Assembly: GCF_021869535.1 (NCBI RefSeq) | Contig: NW_026262582.1 | Coordinates: 3,224,001 to 3,288,000, forward strand | Source: Mytilus californianus | Lineage: Eukaryota | DNA length: 64,000 nt | Direction: 5' to 3' | Shown here: positions 1 through 13,417 of the stretch, piece after piece | Layout of the letters: each line of letters starts with the position of its first letter | How positions within the stretch are numbered: position 1 is the first letter of the stretch | Notes under the pieces: model-generated | Seen by the model: only the letters and a program-made list of their open reading frames with translations | Database searches by the model: none | Told to the model about the DNA's origin: nothing | Made by a program: the position numbers and the translations under genes

Positions 1-493
1 ATCTAATATTTTCGACTATTAGGTCATGTCCATGATATATACAAATATCAAGGAATAAGAACAAGGCCATAATGCAAAAATTGCCGATATTATCTATTTC
101 ACAATATGTACATTGATATGTTTTGATGTAGAATGATTGGTTTTTCATATATATCTAAAATTAGGGATTGTAACTTTAAAGTTACAAACACAGTTCCAAC
201 AGTGTATATATTTTGAAAAGTGCCATTCTGTTTAATATACATCTTTCAAATGAAAATTGTATCTACTTTTATTGATACACTCCAAACAGTGTTTCCTTGT
301 CTTATTAAGTGGTACTAAATGAATTATTTTGGGTTACGGACGTTAATGACGTTTTAAATGAAGTGTTAAAAATATGATGCATGCTGAAAGCTTAAATGAA
401 ATAAAATAGAGGACAGTACTAATCAATTATCAAACATTTGATATCAATATTAATTCGTTTGGTACATATGAAAAATTGATATTAACGTATTAC

Positions 494-790
494 CTCTATC
501 GTTTATGAGAACTGTTCCTTTCTGGTATAGGTTTCCATTTGTGCCATATATACCGTTGGAAGTTCTGCATTTGTAAATGCCATCATTTTCATGTAACTTG
601 TTGATATTGTTGGATTCCACCAAAGTAAATGTACCGTCAGGTGTCCCTTGAACATTTCGAATATGTTCATTGAATTCAGACCAGTGCTCCCAATCGGCAA
701 AAGTATAATTTTCAGGATTTCCGTTTGGATTGCAGATAAGTTTTTGCATTTTCCTAGATGCTTCCTTTATTATTCTTACAACTGGTGAAT
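494..790 (-). CDS. Gene A coding exon 3: Ig domain (homologue of gene B Ig3); gene continues beyond left edge
   Basis: 297 nt, ttccacag| acceptor and |gtaata donor, phase 1-1. YSPVV...LICNP...W...DGIYKC; 67 of 99 residues identical to exon 44296-44589. Confidence 0.92.
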
Positions 791-1582
791 CTGTGGAACA
801 AAACACAAATCATTGGTTATATTGTAAATATCCATTTGACAGTATTTATAAAAAAAAGTGGTATACTTTATAAAGATGATAAATGTAAACCTCGTCATTA
901 AATGGAAAGATATAGCTTTCTATTTCCCTTTTATATACCAAAGATTATATAGCTTTTCCAATACCCCATAGAATGAAATAAAACCTAATCTTAGCCTTTC
1001 AAAATTGTGTTACTTATATATTTATTAAATGAAATGCTTGAAATTCTTGTCTTTTTGTGAACATATGTGTTTGTCATCTTTCTGTCGGTCATAGTATCTC
1101 TGCAGTTCATGACTAAAAGTTATTGATTGCAGTGTTTGTATCATGAGACCATTTGCATATACATGTATACCATGTATACATGCGACAAGAAAAAACATTA
1201 ATCATTATTACACGCAAACAATTTACAAATAGTAATAAATTCTCGCTTGAAAAACTTCAGGAAACAGTATGAATGACAAACACGGAATGGTCAATCAGGG
1301 GCTCATTTTTATAAGAACTATCATTTACGCTACTGAAAACAATAGTTGCAGACGACCTATATCATACATATAAAACCTACTGGAAACTGCACAATGCGAC
1401 CTATACTAAGTCAGAAATATGAAATTTGTTTTCGGATCGATCCGTTCGTTGATATATTTAATGTTTGATTTTGTCAGGTTTTATGGACTTCCCGCATTTG
1501 AAATTACTTTGGAGATCAATTTTTTTTTGTTCATACTTTTTTGTTTACTGCTGCCCAAAATCGGAAGGACAGATAATTTGAC

Positions 1583-1835
1583 AATTATAGTTCAAAGTAC
1601 GGCTTTCAACAAGGATCCTTGGCTCACATCGAACAGTAAGCTATACAGGGCCCCAAAATGACTAGCGAAAAAACAATTCAAACAGGAAAACCAACGGTCT
1701 AATCTATATAAAAAGTCAGAAACGAGAAACACTTATGAACCACACCAAAAAACGACAACCACTGAACAACAGAATCATGACTTAGGACAGGTGCATAAAA
1801 ATGCACCGGGTTTAAACGTTTGAACAGGCGTTAAC
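1583..1835 (+). repeat. Interspersed repeat family 1, partial copy
   Basis: Matches 8447-8820 directly and 29638-30066 in reverse (caaagtacggc...gacttaggacaggtgc...gggtttaaacgttt). Confidence 0.8.
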
Positions 1836-2275
1836 TAACCGTTTTTATCTTAAATACTTTTTTTTTTGCTTTTTGTAAAAACACTGTATTGTTGTTAATG
1901 TGACCCTTTTTTCTTTCTTTCGTAAAGCGTTCATGTTTCAGTTTCTTCATTAAATGTCTCTACCAAATCAGCCTTTTTCCATTGGTTGATATAGTAGACC
2001 GCTAGACTATTTTTATTTAGGTTTTATAGATTTGTTTTAAATTAACCTTAATTAACAAATTTGATTGAACAAAATCCCGTTTAAACAGAATCTGAAAAGA
2101 TTTTGTAAATAATGTATGTACACATGTGGATAAATAGTGTGCAAAATTAAAGTAATAACATTGGAAACCAAATTATGAAAATTATGGAAGAAAGTCACTA
2201 TGCATGAGGTAAAATCGTTATCAATTTGTCCTTGGTGCAAACGGTATAACGTCAATATCTAAATTCTTTACTTAC

Positions 2276-2575
2276 ACTGAATATCCAACAATACTTCACA
2301 AGACCGTGGATCAGCTAGAAATGCATTGTAGACAGAACATCTAAATGATTGCATGTTGTCTAATTTTGATGGTATGAAGGAAAACGTTAAATTTCCACTT
2401 CCAGCTCTCTTCAGTTTTAATCCTTTTATACGCATAACGAACTTTTCTGCTGGTTTATCACTTTTGACATTACAGACGATAGTGAGATTATTTCCGTCGA
2501 CTCCGCGTACTACTGTTTTTCCATTCATTATAATTGTTCCCTGTACTTTTGCCTTTGGGCATGTTGAAGTTGAAC
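2276..2575 (-). CDS. Gene A coding exon 2: Ig domain (homologue of gene B Ig2)
   Basis: 300 nt, gattag| and |gtaagt, phase 1-1. GSTSTCPKAKVQG...LTIVC...DNMQSFRC...DIQ; aligns with exon 48860-49153. Confidence 0.9.
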
Positions 2576-3707
2576 CTAATCAATACAGCATAATTATAAT
2601 CATTTGAAAAAAAAATGAGTTTGAGTAGCAAATAACCAAACGCTTAACCAATAGAAGGTAGTGTTCAACTTATTTAGAACGACAAAAGGATTAAAGCATG
2701 TTTAGAGAAGATTTATAAGTACCGGAATCGATAAGTGATGACAAATTTGCTATACTTGATTCATATAAGTCACTGCTTTAAAAAAAAGGGCAGCCATTCG
2801 TTCATTTAAATAGTGATCGTAAGCAAATTTTGACTACATTGCTCATACATTTGCAACAATTATGTAGAGAAAAATCATCACAGATACCAGGCATATGATT
2901 TGGTATGACACCGGTCGGCCAATAAAATATTCGCCATGGACATGGATTATGTAGTTATCTATAAACTCGCAAAACATATTTTTCTTGCTATACGCACGTG
3001 CTCTATGCTAATAAGCCAGCATATTACGTAACTTAGATATTTTTTTTTTTAAAGATCTGAAAAAAAACAACCTTAGTTATGTCACATTTGAAATGTGTCA
3101 TCGAGGCATGCGTATAGTAAATATTTCATTTCACTGAATACATAACAAATAATATTTGTTAGTAATTTCACCATACGATTGTTTACGGTAGATTGACATG
3201 GTGATTTTAATATATTCAGTAAAAGAAGTTATAGTAACAACCAGAACCAGCTGTTTTGTTAATGCGTCATATTATGGTGGCGAATGTTTTCTGAATGAAT
3301 CACGAATTGAAGGTTACGGTTTGTGTTTAAATGACATTCAAGTGTGAGTAGTTAATAGAGCGAGTCAACATGTATGTGTGTGTGTGTAAATGATTGTTTT
3401 GAGGTTCTGAACTATTTATTAATACGTTTATTGCGGCTCAATTGTTATGTTGTTTTATTATACGAAAACACTACATAATTTAACTCGTCGTATCAAATAA
3501 AGATATTCATAGAACAAATGTAGAATAACTAATCCAACAATTCAAATATAGAAAAAATATTTAACGAGTAACCGAACAACACATTGATTTACGAATGCAC
3601 GTAGAGCATGAGTTAATTTTCAGTGTTGTTCGTTCACGAGTTGAATATTTTTCGATATTTTAATTCTTGTATTAGTTATTCTTTTTATTACATTAACCAT
3701 GGAGTTT

Positions 3708-4113
3708 TTAATGGAAATAAAGTAGAAAAGGGAAGAAACTATTTTTTCTACTATTTCTTAATTTGTGTTGATGCAACGTCATCGATATCGTCTTGATAAC
3801 ACCCATTGTTGTATGACGTCAAAGGAGTGAAATTAACGCATTTAATTCACATGTGAAATTATCGGTTTTTACTTCACTTGAAAAGCACGGTAATTCATTA
3901 CAACCAATATTTTTAATGAAATTAAGTAGAAAAGGGAAAGAACTATTTTTTTTTACTATTTCTTAATTTGTGTTGATGCAACGTCATCGATATCGTCTCG
4001 ATAACACCCATTGTTGTATGACGTCAAAGGGGTGAAATTATCGCATTTAATGCTCATGTGAAGTTATCGGTTTTTACTTCATTTGAGAGTCACGGTAATT
4101 CATTGCAACCAAT
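3708..4113. repeat. Two tandem copies of a ~205-bp unit in gene A intron 1
   Basis: ttaatg(g)aa..taagtagaaaaggg...gcaacgtcatcgatatcgtc...cggtaattcatt(a/g)caaccaat occurs at 3708 and 3913. Confidence 0.85.
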
Positions 4114-4553
4114 GTTATGAATATATATATATTTTAGATAAAGGTGTAGTTATATCTCCCTATACACCTAGATGGGATTTTTTTTAAAAAGAACTCTATT
4201 GTTCTATCGCCATACTTCGCCTTGTAGAATGTTCTGTTGAATAAAAACTGTTATAGTGATGTGTCTATTTGTCAGATATTTTTGCCTTTCAAAAAGTCCG
4301 TTCAATCTAGGATTGTTTGGCCATCTTCTATTTGCAACATTTGGGAATAAACATCTATCAACTTTGTATATTATCAATAAACTTCAATGGTATGACATAA
4401 CGATGGATGTCAAAATGTCTATATCTATTCAACTGTTCATCTCACCATGAAAACAAATCTTAAAGATATGCACTGATATATGACCGCATATGTCAGTATG
4501 GTACGGATACGCTAAGGGTTAAAATCAGTCTATTCACACACAGTACAACTTAC

Positions 4554-4611
4554 CTAAGGAACAAAGTAAACATATTACTAGAATCTTTAAAGCACAGCTA
4601 CCAAAAGACAT
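4554..4611 (-). CDS. Gene A coding exon 1: signal peptide MSFGSCALKILVICLLCSL(G)
   Basis: cattacag|aaATG...TTAG|gtaagt, phase-1 exit, in frame with the 2575 exon. Homologous to the gene B signal exon 60459-60516. Confidence 0.85.
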
Positions 4612-5974
4612 TTCTGTAATGAAATTATATATAGTAGTGATGGGATATAAGTTTTGAGTGTTCCAGATGCGTGTGGATTCAGATGTTCAAGTCGGACGCA
4701 TGTGTTTTTTAAAGTGTTGTTTTAGTTTTACATACTCTTGTATATATGTTGTATTAAATTAGTCCTTTTTCGGGAAAGTGTATATGTCATTATGTTTTAC
4801 TATACTTTATGTACTATCAACTTCAAAAACAAATTGTTGTCTTCACTGTAGATTTATTTGTATGTTTGTTTGTATTCTTAAGGTCAATTATGTTGTATGT
4901 CTCTCATGTATGTCAATACAGTTTGACTGCTGAGTCATAATTATTACTCCGTTAACCAATTGTGTCTAGAGTAAGTGTGGTTGCTTTTGTCTGAATCAAA
5001 ATTATAAACAATTGCCATACAAGTGGCAGGTTTAGCAAACTACAGAACTATGTTGAAACCACCAGTTGATTTTGCCAGTACCAAATCAGGCATATCGACT
5101 TCTCCCTTTTCGAATATATCTAGAATTTTGATATTTTTGTTATCACCCTTTTTATGTTTATTCAGTAAAAATTTAAAATACAAAACAAATATAGTGTATA
5201 CTTGAAACATTAATTTAAACAGACCTCATTCCAACATTTTCATTGGATTTTCTGATAATCACGTACCCGATTTAAATTGTCTGTGTTCTCAGACTTCAGT
5301 ACTTAAATAATTACGTGTAACAAAACATAATATGATATTAAGACCACATATAATGCTGTCGACAACGAAATAAATGAAGAAATACCTGATGCTATGGTGT
5401 TTACTTTATCTTCCTGATTTGTTATTTAGGGATGTACAAAAATAATTCATAAAACAATTTCCAACCTATCCAATCAAATAATATTTCCGTAATTCAATTA
5501 TAAAAAAAAACAATTGATATCGGAAATTATTAATCGATGTTTAAGTGTTCCGTGCGGAACAAAATAGAAAACGATAACGACGTATCCATGGTTAAATACA
5601 TCATTTCCTAAACACCAAAAATATAATTTGAAATATGTATCTGAATGAAAGTATTACAACTTAGGATTGCTTAATTTGTGTAATTTTCAATAACATGAAT
5701 AATGTACTTTATATACATTAAGATAGTGCATACCCATTGTTTGTCAGCATATTGTCATAAGTACATAGTATTACTAACATACTATACCTTTACCAAATTG
5801 AATACTTTGACCAGTGGCCAATTTGGTGTTGTGATTATCCGAAAAATATACGGTTGCATACTGCATGTAACTAATAAACTTTATATTTTTAATTGTTCGT
5901 ATTTCTTACTGAAAATAACGTGTCGTTATTGTTTGATTTCGAAATAGTGCATTGCATATAGTAAAAAAAGCAAA

Positions 5975-6200
5975 AATAACTCCAAGGAAAATTCAAAACT
6001 GAAAGTCTTTAATCAAATGGCAAAATCAAAAGCTCAAGCACTTTACACGAATGGAAACAACTATCACAATCCTGACTTTGTACAGGCCTTTCATGATGTA
6101 AAAAAATGGTTGATTAAACCTGGTTTTATAGCTAGATAAACCTATCATTTATAGATAATTCCATCATATTGACAACAATGGGTTAGCAAACGTGAACCTA
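5975..6200 (+). repeat. Interspersed repeat family 2 (cctgacttggtacagg type)
   Basis: Similar to 41295-41525, 61610-61945, 22990-23235, 51075-51390 and 53225-53530. Confidence 0.75.
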
Positions 6201-6387
6201 TATTGGTGAATATTTAGGAAATGCATTATACACTTAAGCAATATTTAAACACAAATAAAACAGACAGTCAAAATATAAAAAAAGGCACATTAAACTCATA
6301 AGTCAAAAAAATACTGACAACGCAGTGGCGAAAATAAAAGGAAAGAAAAGAACCAAAAGACAAACAACAAATACAAAATACAACACA

Positions 6388-6727
6388 GCTAAATCTTTAG
6401 TTTTGTATGTTGTGTTTTGTAAACTGTTATTTTTCTTTTAAAAGTGATTAGTTTTTGACATGGCATTGTCAGTTTGTTTTCTAATTATTAATTGAAAATA
6501 TCCTTGTGGTATACCTTCGCCTCTCTTAGCTACAATCGGCTGGAGTAATGAGTGTGTAGATATAAGAAGATGTGGTATGAGTGCCAATGAGACAACTCTC
6601 CATCCAAGTTCATTTAATTGTAACTGTTTATAAGTTGTTACATAGCATTTTCTCATATCACACCTCATATCAGTTAGACATAGATAGATATAAGATGATG
6701 TGCTATGAGTGCCAATGAGACAGCTGC
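6388..6727. repeat. Local duplicated composite segment, copy 1 (copy 2 at 8214-8500)
   Basis: Shared unique junction gctaaatctttagttttgtatg...acaatcggct...gtaatgagtgtg...tcagttagacatagatagatataag. Confidence 0.85.
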
Positions 6728-8446
6728 GTAATTCGTAAAAATGTAACATTCATATGTATTTCTAATTGAGGTCTGATTTTAAATTAAATCGAGAGGCTGA
6801 ACGCAATACGCATTTTTTAAGTCAAACTGTCTATTGCACAATGTAAAACAATTTGAATTGGGCAAATTTGACAATGTAATATATCAAACGTAAAATTTGA
6901 AGGCCGAGAGATTCGTTTACAGATTTTCAAAATGTCATCGTCGACATTTTATTTTGTAGGTCTTATTATTAACCAATGTTCTCTATTTTTCTCGATTTTA
7001 TCATGGCAATTAGTAACACGTGGACATCGGTTAGAATTCTTAATGCTGTTAAATTGATGTTTACCATTTCATGAAAATACAAATTAGACATCTACCAAGT
7101 TTTCTATATACAGGATACATAAAGATCAGAAAAAATCATTATTTCGAAAAAATAAAACTAACGAAATCTGAAGCCAGATGATATTCTTTTTTTTGTTTTA
7201 ATAAGTTGTAAGGTGAAAAGGTGAGTTTCCAAACATGCCGAACGTAAAAGGTATATACGCCATACTTCTTTAACAAATTGCATTTACAATTACAATAGAC
7301 ATTTGTCTGAGGTAGAAATTAACATTACTGATGATTCTATCAGATAGTATACTTTTCGATTTTTTTCGAGGGATTTTAGAGAATAGAATTTATGAAGATG
7401 AAAATTAATTACACGTTACCTAATCAATAGTTGTTTTACTTTTTAAACGGGTTCATTGGACAGTCTTTATGTATACATTAATGACATTACTCACATTGTT
7501 TTAATGACATATTTGACGTTTAACTTAGAACTTTGAACACCGGAATACTACTGTTGCCTTTGTTTATATGAATACGTCTAACATATACTTGAATAAACTA
7601 TTTCATTACAGGCTTGTCAAGCAGGATCATTTTAGTTGTATATCAAGTTGATGGACATGTCTAAAAATATACATTTATAGAATATTCCATTGCAGTTGTT
7701 GTAAGCAGGATGAAAAATAGAAGGATTCAAGGAACATCCGATAAAGAAGAAAATAATAAGCATGTGAAATGTAGAATAATTGTCAGAATTACCCAAATCA
7801 TTCGTTCAATAGGTAAGGGTTCCCTATGTATAAAATCGAGATCTTATGACACAGAACATTTAGACAGGAATCTGGAGTAACCACGTAATACATAAAAAAA
7901 TATTTCCTTTCACATCGCGTAATAATTATTTTATATGAACGAAAATGCCAATGTTTGGTTTAAACAGTCTTGGAATACTTTGTTTAAACTTGAGCAACGT
8001 ATTTAACCAAATTCAATGGTTGGCAATAATTAGTCCCATTAGGTGCATACGTCGCGTTACATGTTAAATTACGTACGTATGTCATTTTATTGGAACAAAT
8101 TTCAGCATAGTTTATAGAAGTAATACGTAGGGCGTTAAATAATGAGCATAGTTTTCTTCCTCTTCTGGAACACACAAAAACAAAATGTTTTTTTTTTTGG
8201 TTTGGTTTGTTTTGCTAAATCTTTAGTTTTGTATGTTGTGTTTTGTAAACTGTTATTTTTCTTTTAAGGGTGATTAGGTTTTGACATGGCATTGTCAGTT
8301 TGTTTCTAGTTATTAATTGAAAATATCCTTGTGGTATCCCTTCGCCTCTTTTAGCAACAATCGGCTACAGTAATGAGTGTGTAACTGTTTATAAGTTGTT
8401 ACATAGCATTTTCTCATATCACACCTCATATCAGTTAGACATAGAT

Positions 8447-8820
8447 AGATATAAGAAGATGTGGTATGAGTGCCAATGAGACAACTATCCATCCAAGTCA
8501 CAATTTGTAATAGTTAACCGTTATAGGTCAAAGTACGGCCTTCAACGCGGAGCCTTGGCTCACACCGAACAGCAAGCTATAAAGGGCCCCAAAAATTACT
8601 AGTGTAAAACCATTCAAACAGGAAAACCAACGGTCTAATGTATATAAAAAACGAGAAACGAAAAACGCTTATAAACCACATCAACAAATCACAACCACTG
8701 AACATCAGGTTCCTGACTTAGGACAAGTGCAAACAAATGCAGCGGGTTTAAACGTTTTAATAGGTGCTAACCTTCAACCTACCTGAAACAATAGTGTAAC
8801 ATCACAACATAGACAGACAC
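8447..8820 (+). repeat. Interspersed repeat family 1
   Basis: agatgtggtatgagtgccaatgagacaac... head; other copies at 1583, 28005(-), 29638(-), related subfamily at 39757. Confidence 0.85.
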
Positions 8821-11479
8821 ATTGGACACAGGGCCTTTGAACAGAATGCTGTTATGGGTCGTTAAGGGTTGACACAAGGTTTAATTTAGAGAATATTAAA
8901 TAGCAACCTATTTATCATATACTTCAATAAGGATATGGTAACAGCTCATACATGATTTCATTTCGTTATTTTAATTCAGCAATATTTATTAATACCCAGT
9001 TGAACAACAAACACGTTTCATTGTATAGAGATGAAAAAGTTGACTACATTTGCATCTGCTTTTATTTCTTTCTTAATTATCCATACACACGCTATCAAAA
9101 GAAATATTTTAGGATGTTCCAGGAATGTTAAAAACATAGACGTCCCATGCAGAAATTAAGCACTTCAAATTAGCAAACATACAAATTGCTTTTTTCATGA
9201 TGTGGGTGGTGTTATCTGAGTTCATGTTTTACTATTCTTTAGTTGCATGTGGTAGTCAGATTTTTTGAATTGAAGCTTATCCAACAGTTTTATAGTTGAT
9301 AAATCTTTAGTTTTTTATGTGATCGTTTGTGAAATTGTTTGATTTTTCGTCATCAGTATCTTTTCGACTTGTTAGTGTTTAATGTCTCTATGGTTACTTC
9401 CGGGAATGCATATCCTTTTCATTAATTGTATATTCGTTATGATTGTTCTGCTTACTGTTTCAAATTGACCTTTGTCGTAGAGCATGTATATTTGATCAGA
9501 TGGTAATTCGCGAGTCTTGTATTGTTTGTTGCATTTTCCCTACACCTTTAGTTTCCTACGTTTTGCAGCTAAAATCTCTCTAGAAAGGTAGAATTCAATA
9601 CCAATAAACTATTGTTTTCAGTAATTCTTGTGGAACAGGTACATTCTTAAGCTCGACTAGTGCCAAGATTTACAGTTAGAAGCAAAGGAGTCTCTTGTTC
9701 ACGATGATTATAAAAGGTGACCGACACTCAGACGATTTCCGACGAGATTTCATTACCTTTGGAGTGAAGACCAAGTTAATGTTTCCTGTTTTGTGCTGGC
9801 CTCATAGATTGTAATAAGACCTCCAATTTTAAATTCTAAATGGCAGAGGAGTGTTCCTTTTGATGTTAACTACGACAATAAAAGGTGTAAAAATCAAAGC
9901 TATATATCTACTAGAAATTGTGTAAATACAGGGTTGAATAGGCTAGTTGGTGAAACTAAGATTGAAAGGCAAAAGAAACCACAGGGATTTTCAAATTCAA
10001 AAGTCAATAACTAACTGACGGAGCAAACAACTACAAAACGACAAACAGTACACACAACTAAGACTGGGTAAAATTGGTCTAGCCAAAATGCGGAATGGGA
10101 ATTGTTAAATTGCCCAGTCACATTTAGGAGAGTGTAAAACTGATGTAACCGTTCCAACTCTCTCAGCTAAAAATTACCGTATATAGATTTTGCTTTTTAT
10201 AAAGATGTTTGGATAAAACTGATCTCAATTAAGAATAACGTAAAAAACATATAAAAATAATGGTAGCCATTGTGTAAATTAATTTAAAATCGACAACAAA
10301 CATGTTTAACGGGGTTTTGTTTTGTAGCATAACATCTCTGTCCCAAGTCAAAGCGGGTTTCAGAGTTCATCGATATGTTTGACCCAGCCACATCTTTCAA
10401 GTGCCTATTTCGAAAAGGAACCTGTAGTTCAGTATTAGTGTATTAAAACGACTGTCAGAATTACTTGCACATTATGAATGTATGGTCTTAAACCTGATCT
10501 TTGATTTGTGATATATTGATAAAGTACTGTGGTATGAAAGGAGGGGAGGATTACGTCGAATTGCAAATAATCTATTAAACCAATTTTTCTTTTAACCTTA
10601 AAAAACATATGGGATAAACAAATGTAAAATTTGACGCTTTCAAAGAGTAGAATGAAAAGAAAGAAAAACTGTATTGAAATAACTATATAAAAAAATACAA
10701 ATGAAAACGGAGTACCATTTGTTCTTATGTTATATCTTATAAAATAAAAATTCCTGAAACTCTAATAAAAAATACTGAACTCCGATTAACAGATTCATCT
10801 TCAATGTACACGAAAAGAGTATGATTGCTAGTTGGTAAAGATTCTCCAAAAATACATCTGGTCTGGATATTCAGTTAATTTAACAGTTTTTCCTAATATT
10901 TATATTTTATGATAAATTGAAGTTCAAACTTTTTTATCCTTCCTTTTGTTGACCAGTATATAATGTGTGACTTTATCGTGACATTTGACCTCTTAATTGA
11001 TATTATCACCTAACATTTTTTTCTTATCCTTGTTTTTTCGTTAGTCTGTTATGATTGGATAAGGTAAAGTGAAAGTTAGACAAAGTTCGGCATTGTAAAA
11101 CACGAAAACAAATTACAACAACAAATCAATTTTTCTATAAATGCGTATTTACGTCAGGAGGAGGTAAAGCATTTTCGTGGTAACACTGTGCCTGCCCACA
11201 CTATTTAGGAGATTTGTTTTGTCTCTAAAATACAAAACTACCGAATTGTCTAAAGAAAGATTTACATTCAAAAACCGTAAAAAAAATAATAATTATTGAA
11301 GAACGGACACACAGAACTTAAAAACATACAATACACAGCAACTGAAGAATGTTAAAAAAGAATCCAACCCAAGATCTAGTTCTACGGATATGTAAGTGGT
11401 CAGTGATGTATCATTGTTCCTAATTTAGTTAACATCATACATTCGATTGTGTTTTGTTCAAATTTACATGATTCTTAGA

Positions 11480-11745
11480 TTCCAAAGTAATAAACTTAAA
11501 GCATATGTTGAAAAGCATTGTGGATTATTTCCACTAGACGATTTTCCATTTGACAATGGGAATGGTGGTATACAGGGTTGAAAAATCAAAGTTTTAATAG
11601 AACTAATTTCAGAGAAAGATCGTGATTTAAAATCATCCATAACTTCTTGAGAGCTTGTTAGAATCCACATATGGTTAATACCACTTCGCCAGTTAACAGT
11701 TTCGCCGTATTTTTTACGACTCTCTTCACTGCGGGAAAGCTCTAG
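11480..11745 (-). mobile_element. Degenerate Penelope-like RT fragment
   Basis: KYGETVNWRSGINHMWILTSSQEVMDDFKSRSFSEISSIKTL matches YCETAYARGGVNQM.IL of the 28215-29345 element. Confidence 0.7.
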
Positions 11746-13384
11746 CATTATTTGATTTCATATATTTATTGACGAAACAGGTAAAACATTACAATATTAT
11801 AACATGGAATTAGTCTGTGTACAATAAATTGAAGTGAAGTTTTATCCTAAATTATGACTTTTTATGTATTTTTTCATAAGATATTTAGGATTACAAAAGA
11901 ATCTTTTATATTTGAAAAATATACAAAAGTGTAGCTGGTCAGAATAACATAACTAAGAGGTATCAAGAATATTGCGACTATAATCTATCGAAGTTGTAAT
12001 AACCATGTTTTTCTAAAGAGATCAAATTAAATGTCCTTTATTTCGCCATTATAAAGTTTTATATAACAGAAACACAGAAAAAAAAAAAGATAAATAAGTA
12101 CGAAACCTTTATCAATTTGGAACTACCGTCTCATCTTTTTTAAAAGGTCTGTTTTATAGTTTCTTTCCTTCATTCAACACTGTCACTGGTGTTTGTTGTC
12201 TTGTTAGGCAATGCAATATTATTTCAAAGAGTATTTAAGTTGTTGCTAAGTCTTGGTTTTTTTTTATTATTACGATTACGGAAAATGTATAATGTTCATA
12301 TTATCATCAACAAGATGTAACCTTTAAAATATACATTTTCGCAGCTACGTCAACACTTCTAGTAAGAAAAAGATTAAGTCATTTGTTACTTCCGATATTT
12401 GTTCAGAATAATTCAACATGTGGACGAACTAAAGCGATTTTAAACGAAAATAGAAAACCAATGGGTCGAAGATATGTTAAGATTTCACAGTTAAATATAT
12501 TCATGCTGGCCTCATATATATTAATCAAACCTCGAATTTGTACAGTCTACAATGGCAAAAGGGTGCAAATTAAAGTGTTAACTAAGGCAATCAAGAGTGC
12601 CTAAATAAATGCTTAATATCTGATGAAATTTGTAAATGAAGGGTTGAATAGGTAGTTTCGTAGAATTAAAAAGGAGAAGCGAAAAAATAATGGTTTATTC
12701 AAACTCATAGTTTTAATGTTTACTTACAGTGCAATGGTAAAACAAACACTAAAAATGATGAATAGAAAAACGACAATTTATAAAACAGAACATAATAACT
12801 GATGACTGAGCAACAAAAATCCAACCGAAAGATAAAAACAAACACAAATTGGTTTCATTTGTTTTGGGATTATTACAATGATTTAACACGGAATTAACCT
12901 ATGTACAAAAAATAAAAGGGAATTATCATCATAACATATGACTTTTCAAATGGCGGGTATGCGTCAATCAAACAGCAATCTAACATAAACACGAGTAAGT
13001 TATCTGACATCTAGAATTAAGAGGTTTAAGCATAACCTGTGCTGGTATCAACTTTAAGAGTTCTGGGTAAAATTCTATATACGCATGTAGGACTTTGAAC
13101 CGTGAAATAAACGCATTCCCTGGACACATTCGGGTCCACAGACTCTTCTTATTATAATATAACGGTAAACGAGGATCTCAATGAGAGGAACAAGTTAAAG
13201 AAAAATCTTAACGCAGAATTATTACCACATCCAGAAAATCAAAGAGGACGATCTCTCATTTAGTATGCAACTGTAACTAATAGATAAATAGACAATAACA
13301 CTAGTGAATGCAAATGTATGTACTGAATTTGAAACATTTATACTGCACATCTGTAGATTGTAATCTAGCTTTCACGCGTCATAT

Positions 13385-13417
13385 CTGAGACTACTATATG
13401 TGTTATAGTAGTCTCAG
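13385..13417. repeat. Perfect 14-bp inverted repeat with 5-nt loop
   Basis: ctgagactactata-tgtgt-tatagtagtctcag. Confidence 0.85.

Noticed and set aside
7612-7812. Plus-strand 201-nt segment with good acceptor and donor
   Set aside because: It has an in-frame stop, no recognisable domain and no partner exons.
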